From a virus (lineage: Duplodnaviria; Caudoviricetes): a stretch of 64,000 bases of DNA. A program made the position numbers and the translations under genes. Position 1 is the stretch's first letter; each line of letters begins with the position of its first letter. The DNA is taken from the IMG/VR virus record IMGVR_UViG_3300013901_000007, positions 32,001 through 96,000 of that record; one strand, given 5' to 3'. Under the pieces are notes generated by a model. That model saw nothing but the letters and a program-made list of their open reading frames with translations. It had not been told where the DNA came from and did not search any database. Below, in pieces: positions 30,686-40,484 of the stretch.

Positions 30686-32344
30686 TTAAATATTAATAGT
30701 GGAACTACCACAATCTAATATTAGGGTATCATCTTCAGTTAATACTTTATTTGATAAACTAATAGTTCTTGTTCCACTACTTGTAATAGCTGCATCATTA
30801 TCAACTGTTACATAATCTGAACCTTTAATAGCAACAGATGTAACTGTACCCGTTTTATCAACACCACTATGTGTTTTAATTTGAGCTTCTGCTAATTCTT
30901 TAATTTCTTCATCAGTTCTTTGAACATTTGTATCAGTCCAAGGGACATTAACTGCTAACTTACCGTTTTTATCAAGTTCAACTGCGTATAATTTACCACC
31001 GATAGCGGAAGCGTTTTTAGTATAACTATTTAAATTCGCTTTAAGTGAACCAGTTGATGTAACGCTACCAGTTAAGCCATCAGCACCAGTAACAGAAGTG
31101 ACAGTACCAGTTTTGTTTAAACCAGGGAAAGCTGTTTCATTAACTCCAACATCTGCAGCACCTAAATTAATATCTGCTGATAATATTTTATTATTTATTT
31201 TTCTTGATATTGGAACATATCCACTTAAATCAATATCTGTGTTACCAATACGTTCCCATTTATATGTCTTAGTAGTTGTGCCTTCTTCAAGTGTTATAAA
31301 TTCATCATAACTATCTGGTTGTCCATCATTAGGATTATGACTATGGGCTTTTAAGTAAATTTTACCCATTGTCGAAACAGAAGCGGTAGGTAACTCGGAA
31401 ACAACTTCATATTTAAATTGTTTTATACCACCAATAGCTCCATCTACATAGCTTTTAACAGCACCTGATGTAATATAGTTTCCTGAGGAAGCTGTAACTG
31501 ATGTATCTAATGCTTTATTTTCAACATTTCCCAATCCAACGTCAGCTTTTCCAAGACTTCCTTTATAAGCTAAAGCACCTAATCCTTTAACAGCAACATC
31601 ACTTCCATCAACAGCAATTGTACCATTTGTAGTACCCGTCGCAACTGATTGAACTGCTGAATCAGCTTTGGTGCCTTGAGCAGCTGTTGCGTAAGCATCT
31701 GAATTAGTATAAGCAGCACTACCTAACCCATGAATTTTAACCGATGCTACAGAACCTCCTTTTGGAGTTACAGAAAAAGTACCATTTGTTGTTCCTTCAG
31801 TAAATGTATAAGTTGTATCATTATCTGGAAGTGTAAAAGTTTGATCGGTTACATCAACCCATTCATCTGCTCCTTTTTCTTTACTTTGAAGTTTTAATGA
31901 ATGATCAGTAAGAACTAATTGATATAATGTGTTTGTATCAGTAGTATCTTTTATATTAATTGTTGATTCCCCTGATTGGTTAACTGTAAAAGAACCTATT
32001 TCTTTTCCATTTTGAGTAATAGTAATTTTACCATTACCTACAGTTGGAATAGTTGGTGTTCCACTAATTTCATCATATGTATAAGATGGTTTATTTGCAG
32101 CTTTAGCCCACGAATAAACATCAGCAGCTAATCCCGAACCCCATTTAAGATCACCAAAAGTAGAAGTTCCATCACCGACTTTAAATAAAATGGATGGAGC
32201 GTTGTGGATAGGATCTGTGTTATCAGCTACCTCAACAAAACAAACTTCGCCTTTTAATGGTATAAAAGTAGCAGCTATTTTATTCCAATTGGCCAAAGTA
32301 TCATATTTTAATTTTAAACGTGTATTAATTGTTTTTTGTGTCAT
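30686..32344 (-). CDS. tail fibre protein
   Basis: FIPLKGEV...FKVGDG N-terminus; GLGSAAY, DVGLGNVEN, ELPTAS...YDEF...WERIG, AVNVPWTDTN fibre motifs. Confidence 0.85.
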   Translation of the reverse strand: MTQKTINTRLKLKYDTLANWNKIAATFIPLKGEVCFVEVADNTDPIHNAPSILFKVGDGTSTFGDLKWGSGLAADVYSWAKAANKPSYTYDEISGTPTIPTVGNGKITITQNGKEIGSFTVNQSGESTINIKDTTDTNTLYQLVLTDHSLKLQSKEKGADEWVDVTDQTFTLPDNDTTYTFTEGTTNGTFSVTPKGGSVASVKIHGLGSAAYTNSDAYATAAQGTKADSAVQSVATGTTNGTIAVDGSDVAVKGLGALAYKGSLGKADVGLGNVENKALDTSVTASSGNYITSGAVKSYVDGAIGGIKQFKYEVVSELPTASVSTMGKIYLKAHSHNPNDGQPDSYDEFITLEEGTTTKTYKWERIGNTDIDLSGYVPISRKINNKILSADINLGAADVGVNETAFPGLNKTGTVTSVTGADGLTGSVTSTGSLKANLNSYTKNASAIGGKLYAVELDKNGKLAVNVPWTDTNVQRTDEEIKELAEAQIKTHSGVDKTGTVTSVAIKGSDYVTVDNDAAITSSGTRTISLSNKVLTEDDTLILDCGSSTINI

Positions 32345-32380
32345 TGTTATATACCTCTAATTAATTTATAGAGAAGCCGC

Positions 32381-34129
32381 TTAATTAGCAGCTCCTCCGT
32401 TGAGAATTAATTCATTAGCACCCTGAGTTAATAAATCGGTTGAAACAGCTTTAATACTTAACTTAGCATTTGTAACATCTAATTGATTTTCATCAATAGA
32501 AGAAATATATTCAACTTTATTAACTTTTGCTAATAATGTTTCATCTAAATCGTCTTCAGTAACTTTATCTTTAGAAGCTAATGCGCCTTTCGGAACTGAG
32601 ATATCAACAATACCATCATTTAATGGAAGTGTTTCAGCAGCACTATTTATCTTAACACCCTTAACAACACCCGTTGATAATGTATTATTAATTGTGTTAA
32701 TTGAAGTTTTATTTGCGTCAGCTGTATTTTGTGCCTTTAAGACTTTTCCAAATAATGTTTCAGCTGTTGCTTCATCTTCAGCAGTACCAACAGCAGCTTT
32801 TAAATTATCAACATCTGCTTTAGAACCTTTATTAGATAAAGCTGTTTCTAATCCTGTAACTTTAGATTGAGCAATTTCTTTAACACTTAAAGTGCCATCT
32901 TCAGAACTTTGAATTGTATCATCATCAACTTTAACTTTAGCATTTTCTAAAGTTGTAATACGACCTGATAAAGCAGTATCAGCACTTTCTCTATCGGAAA
33001 TTTCTTTTTTAATTCTAGCGTATAAACTACCATCAACAGCTGCTTTATCAGTATCTGCACCAACTTTTGTTTCTAAGGCAGTAACTTTTCCATTAGTTGT
33101 ATCAAGAGCAGTTTGATCAGCTTTAAGAGCGATTTTTTCTTCTAAAGCTGTTTTATCGCTTGCTTTTAAATAATCATCTGTAACGACTTTTAAAGCAGCT
33201 TTTGTTGCATATGTTTCAGCAGCTTCGGTTTTAGTTAAGTGAGAACCTTCATCACCTAATTCAATCCAGCTTCCAGTTTCTCCAGTAACAGAATAGACAA
33301 ACTCTTTCTTACCAAACAAACAAACATCGCCAGAATTGAAAGAAGTAACACCTTCAATAGTAGCTCCTGTTTCAGAAGTAGGATCAGTAGTTGAGGTTCC
33401 AACAAAGTGCATAGCACCAGTTAAACCAGTGAATTTATTTTGTAAATTACTAATATTTTCTTCATTAGCACTAACTCTACCCTCTAAATTGGTTAAATCA
33501 CTACTAGCAGCTTTTTCGTCTAAAGCATCTTGTAAACCTGTAATATCAGCAATACCAGCAGTTTCACCTTTTGTAACCAAACCTTTACTATCGAATGTAA
33601 TTTTTATTCCAGATCCAGCTGTAATAGCAGCATTTGCAACAACTGCAGCATTTGCAACATCTTTAACCTTTTTAATAGCTTCATCATTTTCTGTTTTGAA
33701 CGTATTAAATTCTGCAACAGTCTTATAAGTGTCAGTAATTACATTTCCAGCACCATCTTGAGTTGCTTTTAAAGCTTCTGTTGCAACGCCTTCGGTAAAA
33801 TAACCTTCTAATGTGGATACTCTATTTGCTAAAGCAGTTAAAGCCTCACTAACATCACCTGAACCAGTTGTTGCTGCTAATTTAGAATAACCCTTACCTT
33901 GACCACCAACAGCGCTGACTAAGTAAGCTGCGGTTTCAGTTTCACCTAAAACAACAACAATTTGTCCAGGATAAGCCAAAGCATTAGATTTGATGTAAGT
34001 TTCCATTGATGCGACGGAATCAAATATTTCATTAGCATCAAGTGGGAGTGGATTAGTACGAGCAATAGCAACACCAACATCCCATTTAGCGCCACTATTT
34101 AATTTATTGAAAAATTCATCACGTGTCAT
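32381..34129 (-). CDS. fibre / coiled-coil virion protein
   Basis: RTNPLPLD, AMHFVG, DITGLQDAL, LILNGG motifs. Confidence 0.75.
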   Translation of the reverse strand: MTRDEFFNKLNSGAKWDVGVAIARTNPLPLDANEIFDSVASMETYIKSNALAYPGQIVVVLGETETAAYLVSAVGGQGKGYSKLAATTGSGDVSEALTALANRVSTLEGYFTEGVATEALKATQDGAGNVITDTYKTVAEFNTFKTENDEAIKKVKDVANAAVVANAAITAGSGIKITFDSKGLVTKGETAGIADITGLQDALDEKAASSDLTNLEGRVSANEENISNLQNKFTGLTGAMHFVGTSTTDPTSETGATIEGVTSFNSGDVCLFGKKEFVYSVTGETGSWIELGDEGSHLTKTEAAETYATKAALKVVTDDYLKASDKTALEEKIALKADQTALDTTNGKVTALETKVGADTDKAAVDGSLYARIKKEISDRESADTALSGRITTLENAKVKVDDDTIQSSEDGTLSVKEIAQSKVTGLETALSNKGSKADVDNLKAAVGTAEDEATAETLFGKVLKAQNTADANKTSINTINNTLSTGVVKGVKINSAAETLPLNDGIVDISVPKGALASKDKVTEDDLDETLLAKVNKVEYISSIDENQLDVTNAKLSIKAVSTDLLTQGANELILNGGAAN

Positions 34130-34140
34130 ACTCTATCTCC

Positions 34141-35154
34141 TTATTTTATATTCCATTTTGATTCGCCGCTTTCTTCAACAGCGTTAGAAACATAGAATAA
34201 ATCATATTCTGCTGCTTCGTATTTATTAGCACCTTCAACCATAACAGAAGCTTTTTGAACAGTAAGAGGAGCACCATTAACAGCGTTTGAAATTGTTAAA
34301 GAAGCTTTTTTACCTTTTGGAGCAGCAAAAAACATTTGTTTCATTTTATTTGTTGTTAAGGTTGTTGGAAAAGAAGTTTTAACTCCAAATGCTCTTAACT
34401 TGTCAGAAGTAATTGCAGAAGCATCTGCGATAGCATCAGTTCCATTATAATAACCATAAAACCAACCTCTAAAGCCAGTTAAAGCACCTTTTGTTAAATT
34501 GAATGTTTTACCAACAATTTTACCAGCTTCATAATTGCTTCCTAAATTGGTTTTTGGAATAGCGCCATCAGAACTTTTACATGAACCAGTAATAGATAAA
34601 TTTGTAGTATCAGTAACTTGAATATTTGCAAATTTGCCACTTACACCAGTTAAATCTTCACCGTTAAATGATGCTTGATATTCACTAAATGTAACAGCGG
34701 TATCAGGTCCATATGAATATTTACCTTTATTTATTGCAAAAGAGTATTCAATTTGAATATTTGTACCAACTTCTTTAGACCCAATGTTGCTTGAATTTAA
34801 AGCTGCAGTTGGTTGTGTGATTGTTGGATTCTTTTCTTGAGCTAAGCAGTTTTGTAAGAATTCTTCTAATGTTTTTCCTTCAGCTGGAATAACAACACTT
34901 CCTGAAGCGTCAGGGGTATATTTTCCAAATGAATAAGTTGCAGTAATATCTTTAGTTAAGGTTACTGCTGTTGCATCGATCTCTGGTGAATATGGAAGAG
35001 TATTCCAATTTGTAGCGCCATCGCCGATTTTAAATTTGTTCGTATCCGTTTCTAGACCAAGTTCACCCTTTAATAAAACTGGATTAGCTGTTTTCCAATT
35101 TTCAGCGGTGTCATTTCTAATTACGATACGTGTTTTTAATGTTTGATTTGGCAT
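34141..35154 (-). CDS. fibre protein with Mtd-N/hyaluronidase-N-like head
   Basis: RNDTAENWKTANPVLLKGELGLETDTNKFKIGDG...WNTLPY. Confidence 0.8.
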   Translation of the reverse strand: MPNQTLKTRIVIRNDTAENWKTANPVLLKGELGLETDTNKFKIGDGATNWNTLPYSPEIDATAVTLTKDITATYSFGKYTPDASGSVVIPAEGKTLEEFLQNCLAQEKNPTITQPTAALNSSNIGSKEVGTNIQIEYSFAINKGKYSYGPDTAVTFSEYQASFNGEDLTGVSGKFANIQVTDTTNLSITGSCKSSDGAIPKTNLGSNYEAGKIVGKTFNLTKGALTGFRGWFYGYYNGTDAIADASAITSDKLRAFGVKTSFPTTLTTNKMKQMFFAAPKGKKASLTISNAVNGAPLTVQKASVMVEGANKYEAAEYDLFYVSNAVEESGESKWNIK

Positions 35155-35407
35155 ACTAATTTATTTCTCCTTTATATTGAATTGAAATTTCAATCTACTT
35201 TATTATTTTTTGTGAATTTCACCTTTATATAAGACAATAGATTTATTTATTGGTACTAAAAGTCAAATTATCCAATTTAGTAATAACTTTTCTAGTTCCT
35301 AAAATTTATAAATTGAATCCTTTGATAGATGAATAAATAATAATAATTGATTGTAATTTTTCTGTTTCAGCTTTTGATAAATTATTGTTTTAATATAATT
35401 TTCGCAG

Positions 35408-35464
35408 CTATTTCGTTGGATAAAGTCTATATTTGAATGTTTTAATAAAAATTTTCTTTATCAT
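35408..35464 (-). pseudogene. tnpB (IS200/IS605 family) 5' relic
   Basis: GGAGG RBS then MIKKIFIKTFKYRLYPTK*; matches the TnpB N-terminal K.FK.RLYPT motif; decayed sequence follows. Confidence 0.5.
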
Positions 35465-35482
35465 AAACGCCTCCAAAAAAAA

Positions 35483-36115
35483 TTAATTTCCTTTTGCGTC
35501 GCCACCATGAATAATTTCAAGGTTTGTATCAAGAATTGAAACTAAATCTTCCTCAACATTAGGAATTTCTTCTAAAGTTGCAATTTTAACACTAGCTACC
35601 CCAGTTATAGGATCTACTTTAACATTTAATTTAGTTTTATCTTCTGAAATGTCATCAACAGAAGATTTTATCATACCCAATTGCTCCTCAGCAGCAATTG
35701 TTGTACTCACCGTTTTAAGTTTTTCGTCAATCTCAGTTTTAGTGTAATATTTGGTTAAATCCAAATGTTCATTTCCAACAAGGTGCCATTTGTTATCATC
35801 CCAAATATATTGAGAATAAACCGTGTCATTTTCTTTGTATAAATATAAAACATTAGATTCACCATTTTCAGGTAATTGATCAACGACCTTAATAAATTGA
35901 CTAGCAATATTAGTTAATTTTTCATCAATTTGTTTTGAAGTATAATAATTGGTTAAATTATCAACAGTGTTTGTGATAAAACCAACATCATTAAAAAAAT
36001 CACTTAATTTTGTAGGAGGTGTATAACCACGAACACTTAAACGTAAAACCTTTTCAACCCCAACATCAACTTGCGAGTCTTCCATATTAATATGTAATTT
36101 TTCATTTAATGGCAT
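35483..36115 (-). CDS. fibre-associated structural protein
   Basis: PTKLSDFFNDVGF, NYYTSKQID, VDQLPENG...YIW, YYTKTEID motifs. Confidence 0.7.
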   Translation of the reverse strand: MPLNEKLHINMEDSQVDVGVEKVLRLSVRGYTPPTKLSDFFNDVGFITNTVDNLTNYYTSKQIDEKLTNIASQFIKVVDQLPENGESNVLYLYKENDTVYSQYIWDDNKWHLVGNEHLDLTKYYTKTEIDEKLKTVSTTIAAEEQLGMIKSSVDDISEDKTKLNVKVDPITGVASVKIATLEEIPNVEEDLVSILDTNLEIIHGGDAKGN

Positions 36116-36555
36116 GGTTCCACCTCCACTTTATTATGAGCACAAAGGGTGGTAATATCAATTTCTTGTTTACTACCATTTGCTAATTTTCGAATAATTT
36201 TCATACAATATGTATAGCGTCCCTTTGGAAATTTATACGAAACATCTTGGTCAAATACTAAATTAACAGTATTATAACCTTCTTGTGATGGTTTATTAGG
36301 AATATTTGTTGAAACAAATACATGAACTAATTTTTTATGACAGTTATAAAATGTCACCACCACTTGATCGGTAGGATCAAGTGCAATCGGTGCATCTTTA
36401 ATTGGATTACCTTCTTCATCATATCCATTGCCAACCAAACTCAATACCATTTGAATTGTAAAAGTATCACCATCAAACCATTTTAATATTCCATTGTCCA
36501 TACGAGGACTTAATGGAGCTGGTTTTAATACACTATTTTGTTCTGTAACTGCCAT
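36106..36555 (-). CDS. BppU-like fibre adaptor / baseplate upper protein
   Basis: GDTFTI...FPKGRYTYCMK beta-sandwich pattern at the head of the fibre cluster. Confidence 0.5.
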   Translation of the reverse strand: MAVTEQNSVLKPAPLSPRMDNGILKWFDGDTFTIQMVLSLVGNGYDEEGNPIKDAPIALDPTDQVVVTFYNCHKKLVHVFVSTNIPNKPSQEGYNTVNLVFDQDVSYKFPKGRYTYCMKIIRKLANGSKQEIDITTLCAHNKVEVEPCH

Positions 36556-36598
36556 ATACTAGCCCCCCTATGTAAAAGCCCCATGAGGGGCTTAGTGT

Positions 36599-37123
36599 TT
36601 ATAAAATATATTTTTTTAAATTAGAAATTGGTTTATCTCTAAATCTGTATGTAATATCAATTAATTTATTTGCTTCTCGTTTGTAAATTTTTTGATTAGA
36701 ATTAGGAAAATTAATAGGACCACATGTTTGTTTAAGCCATGTGTCTTCTTCACCTTTAGGTAAAATAAATCGTCCATATTTGTAATAATCTACAACTCCC
36801 GCTAAATCTAAATTAATAAAATCTCTACCGCTGTAAAATCCTACTTTTAATTTATATTTAGTATGAATTAAATCTACTAAAGACTTTAATGTTTCATAGT
36901 CGGAATCTCCCCCCATAAAGCCAATTAATGTAAGACCGTAGTTTTTATAAGGAAGGAGGACGGAATCAAGAAAAGATTCGGTAACTTCTTTTCCCCTGTT
37001 TTCTTTTAGATAACTCTCAGAACATCCTTCGCAAAGACAAGGACAATTACTAATATTAAAACACAATGCAATTTCATCTGGAAATTCCACAAATGTGATT
37101 GCATAATCATATGTTTTAATCAT
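36599..37123 (-). CDS. nrdG: anaerobic ribonucleotide reductase activating enzyme
   Basis: EFPDEIAL.FNISNCPCLCEGC, FMGGD, YYKYGRF, SNQKIY motifs; adjacent to nrdD. Confidence 0.9.
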   Translation of the reverse strand: MIKTYDYAITFVEFPDEIALCFNISNCPCLCEGCSESYLKENRGKEVTESFLDSVLLPYKNYGLTLIGFMGGDSDYETLKSLVDLIHTKYKLKVGFYSGRDFINLDLAGVVDYYKYGRFILPKGEEDTWLKQTCGPINFPNSNQKIYKREANKLIDITYRFRDKPISNLKKYIL

Positions 37124-37896
37124 GTCTTTCGTGAGTATAAGCTCTATGAGCTGCTTCTTCTTGTCTAGGTTGAGAGAAATTACTCACTAATTTTAAATAT
37201 CCAATAACACGAGTAGCATAATCTACGTTTTTACTATGACACTCAGGACATTCGTCTAAATATCTCTTATCTATGTGTCCACAATCGTTACACACTGTAT
37301 TAGGAATGTTATAAGTAAAATAAGAACATCCTAGTCTTGCAGCTGTATCTAATAATTTTCGATATTGTTCTTTTGATAAATAGGAGTCGAGATTTCCATG
37401 AAGAGCGCTACCTCCATCGAGACAACCAATAAAATCTTGTCCTTGTAATTGCATTTTAGTAATAATGTCATAACGTCCATCTTCTACTGGATAAAAATAT
37501 GAATTATATAGATTTCTTTTAGGATTAACTACATATCCTGCTTCTTTATCCCATTTATATAATTTTGCACCTGCGTTTTCTGCCATTTTGTTACTACTCT
37601 ATATAACAGAGCGGAATTACTACTTCCTTGGAGTGTCTTTACACTCGAGTAATTCTCATTGGTTTCACTTGGTTATAGCCAATGTTCAGACTGTTGCATC
37701 CATTTCTGGTTCTCTCATTCAGTCGTTGTAGGTGTCTTATGACTTCCTAGGCATTGCCCACTTCTGGGTTTTTGCCGTATATTAGAGAGAATTTAACGTC
37801 CCCATAGAATTAAAGGCTAGGGACAAATTCTGTATTAAATTTAGTCAAATGAGATTGCTTCACTTGCACTTTTGCATTTTTTAATTGTAATATCAT
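37116..37896 (-). CDS. nrdD: NrdD C-terminal half, join(37896..37819,37583..37116), predicted 181 aa
   Basis: ATG 37896 with AGGAG RBS gives MILQLKNAKVQVKQSHLTKFNTEFVP, spliced to AENAG...; contains CxxC/CxxC and the glycyl-radical motif RVIGY. Confidence 0.85.
37584..37818 (-). ncRNA. group I intron (235 nt, no ORF) in nrdD
   Basis: P1 GUCCCU/GGGGAC with U.G at the splice site; P3 UUCUCUC/GAGAGAA; P7 GACUG/CAGUC; terminal G; splicing restores FVP-AEN. Confidence 0.9.
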
Positions 37897-38900
37897 TCCT
37901 TATATCTCCTTTGTATATCGTTTTTAAAATCTTCATATTGTTGTAAATTATATATCATAACATAATTTAAATTTTGCTTTTTAGCAGTGTTTCGCTTTTG
38001 AACATCCAACTGCGTCCACACCTTAATAGCATTACGATAAAAAGTAAAAGTTTGAGCTTTTTGTTGCCACACCTTTAGTTTTTCCACATCCTGTGGATTG
38101 GTCGCATCAAATGGATGTTTACCATGTGTAAAAAATAAATTTAATTCAACATATTGATCCAAAGGACGAATGTAAAAATCACAATGTAAGGGTAAGCTGC
38201 TGTCTTGTGTTGACAACAAACATTATCGTCACCAAACATTTTTTTAAAAAAATTGTTCCAAATCTTGTTCAGGTTTAGAAATATTAGTGGTACCATTTTT
38301 TAATTTTGTTTGAAATGCTTTTTCTGAATTTGTTTTAAAATCATATTTGGCTTTTACTTCTGGACGCATCATTTGATAAGGAACGCCATATCTCTCTATA
38401 TTGGTTTGTCTCACTTTTTCTTTAATTTCTTTAGTTTGAGCACCAGATTTTGCACCATAGCGTTGCAAATTAGTTTGTTCTCTCTTCTTTATTACCCACT
38501 CCAATTTGTTGGGATTGGACACCCTAAATTTAGCTAAATACGCCTCTCTAACTTTTTGTACATCTTTAAAAATATTGTCTACCCCATATTTTTCTAGGTT
38601 AGTTTGTTTATATTTTTCAGGATTGTTATAATTAGGATCTCCATATTTTAATAAATTAGTTTTTCTATTATGTTCATAACTTAATAACTTGGGTTTTTTA
38701 ACACCATAATAGTGAAAAATTCTAGTTAAGGTAGCCTCGTTTATGCCAAAATGAGCCGAGGTTTCCACCTTACTATGATTTTCAATAATATAATATTGAA
38801 TAATTTCATCAATATTATATGAAACATCATGTAGAGAAAAATCTCGTCCATTATAAACGGTGGTTGTTCCATATTGGTTCGACACAATACTATACCTCAT
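37893..38900 (-). pseudogene. disrupted homing-endonuclease-like gene between the nrdD halves
   Basis: HTH plus (K/R)QTN..KYG repeats, SKPE, CDFYI...YVELN...THG nuclease motif; broken near 38185-38250 by compensating +1/-1 frameshifts. Confidence 0.8.
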
Positions 38901-38904
38901 ATTA

Positions 38905-40476
38905 CTATTTATCAATTTGGAAAGGTTTTAATAGTTGCTCGTCAATAACTAAATTTTCCACTTCGTTTATAATGTCCTCTATTTTTTTATTGCAAGAATC
39001 TCCATTAAGATTACACACTTTTAATACCGTTCCTTGTGGAATTTCATATGACGTATCTCCAAAACTTAATTGATATAATTTATGTGCTTTAGTTCTGTCT
39101 TTTGTGTTGATTTGCTTAATAGTTTCAAGAATGTCTTGTGCATATAATTTATATTCTTCATTATTAGGATTAATTTTGATATTTTTATATTTACTGTCTT
39201 TATTCATTAAAAATTCAGCACCTTCTATAAAACCGTTTACACCAACTGTAAGATACTGTTTATCCAAATCAATAAAACCAGCTTTATAAACTGTTAATAA
39301 ATTACTATCATATAAATCCCATAACCAGTTATTCCAAGCGATAAGATACTTGTGAATTCTTTCAACAATAGTAGTAATGTATTCTTTTAAAGAACAAACA
39401 TCTCTTTGTTTATACCAATCTTGGACTATTCTGTTTAAATTTAAAGTGATAACTTTTTTACTTCCAGTTTGAACACCGCCAGCTCCCAAAGTGTAGCTAA
39501 ATACATTTTCTTCAATGGCATTTTTTAAACGACAACAACTCGAAAGGGCGTCGGCACTATCTGAATTATAACAGAAGAATGAATGACCTTCTGCCCACAT
39601 TTCTGCTACAAAAGAGGCACTTTCTTCATCAATATATTGTTTAGTATTTTTATCATATAATAAATTAAAAGTTTCAACTGGGAAAGTAAGAATGACTTTT
39701 GTTCTTTCTTGATTTAACCATTTCATAAACATTTTTTGAAGTTCTTTTGTGGTTTCCCACTTAGGTTCATCCATATCTGGAAACACAAAATCTTTAAAGA
39801 GAGAATCAAAAAAACCTTTGTCATAGTATGCACAGTTTAGGAAGGGTGATTGATAATTTCTACTTCCTGCTGGCTGATTAATTGAATAAACAAATTGTTG
39901 AAACCAGTCTGTAATCCTATCTCTTAAGGTTTCTTGTCTTTTGCCATAAATAACTACTTTTTCATCAAGATGTTGAATATAATCATCGCCAAAATCTACT
40001 CTTAAAAAATGGTCAAAATAAGTAAAAAACTCAGGTAAAGCAATAGCTCCTAAATATTGACCAGCTAATAAAAAGACTAAATTAATAGCTCCCCCAATAA
40101 AAGAATCTGTATGTTTTGGAGGTAAGGAGCTGCCACCCAAGTCTTTTAAACCATTTAATAAAAATGGGTACATAGAGACGGCTACGCAATAAGGAGCCAA
40201 CCCTGTTTCATCATGTGAATAAATAATATGATTATCTAAATCTTGAATATATTGTTTAGCTAATTCATCACCAAAATCTTTAGCTAAATACTTATTCATG
40301 ATAGCGCGATTAATTTTAATCATGTCATCTTTTATAATTTCGCTTTGTAAAGTAGCAATGTTTTTTGCAGTAACATTTGCATTAGCATCGTAAGCTGAAC
40401 CAGAAGCGGCATTTTTAGCTTTTTTATAATTTTCGATAAAATTTAATTTTTTATCAATCCATGAAATATTTGCCAT
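38905..40476 (-). CDS. nrdD: NrdD N-terminal half (class III ribonucleotide reductase) with a ~58-aa extra C-terminal tail
   Basis: IYSHDE, PYCVA, QQFVYSINQP, TFPVET, SSCCRL, TLNLNR, YLTVGVNG; ends before FNTEFVP. Confidence 0.92.
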   Translation of the reverse strand: MANISWIDKKLNFIENYKKAKNAASGSAYDANANVTAKNIATLQSEIIKDDMIKINRAIMNKYLAKDFGDELAKQYIQDLDNHIIYSHDETGLAPYCVAVSMYPFLLNGLKDLGGSSLPPKHTDSFIGGAINLVFLLAGQYLGAIALPEFFTYFDHFLRVDFGDDYIQHLDEKVVIYGKRQETLRDRITDWFQQFVYSINQPAGSRNYQSPFLNCAYYDKGFFDSLFKDFVFPDMDEPKWETTKELQKMFMKWLNQERTKVILTFPVETFNLLYDKNTKQYIDEESASFVAEMWAEGHSFFCYNSDSADALSSCCRLKNAIEENVFSYTLGAGGVQTGSKKVITLNLNRIVQDWYKQRDVCSLKEYITTIVERIHKYLIAWNNWLWDLYDSNLLTVYKAGFIDLDKQYLTVGVNGFIEGAEFLMNKDSKYKNIKINPNNEEYKLYAQDILETIKQINTKDRTKAHKLYQLSFGDTSYEIPQGTVLKVCNLNGDSCNKKIEDIINEVENLVIDEQLLKPFQIDK

Positions 40477-40484
40477 AATTACTC

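Noticed and set aside
28762-35154. Diversity-generating retroelement acting on the Mtd-like fibres
   Set aside because: No reverse transcriptase in the window; the only repeat pair is exact, and its flanking mismatches are not adenine-specific.
37819-39081. Split intein joining the NrdD halves
   Set aside because: The N-half extension does not begin with Cys/Ser and lacks intein block A/B motifs. FN-T in the C-half is native NrdD sequence (FNTEFVPAE), not an HN-C/S/T intein end.
37897-39081. A second self-splicing intron surrounding the nrdD endonuclease
   Set aside because: No P/Q/R/S core or group II domain V is visible; the flanks are coding-like and leave no room for a ribozyme.
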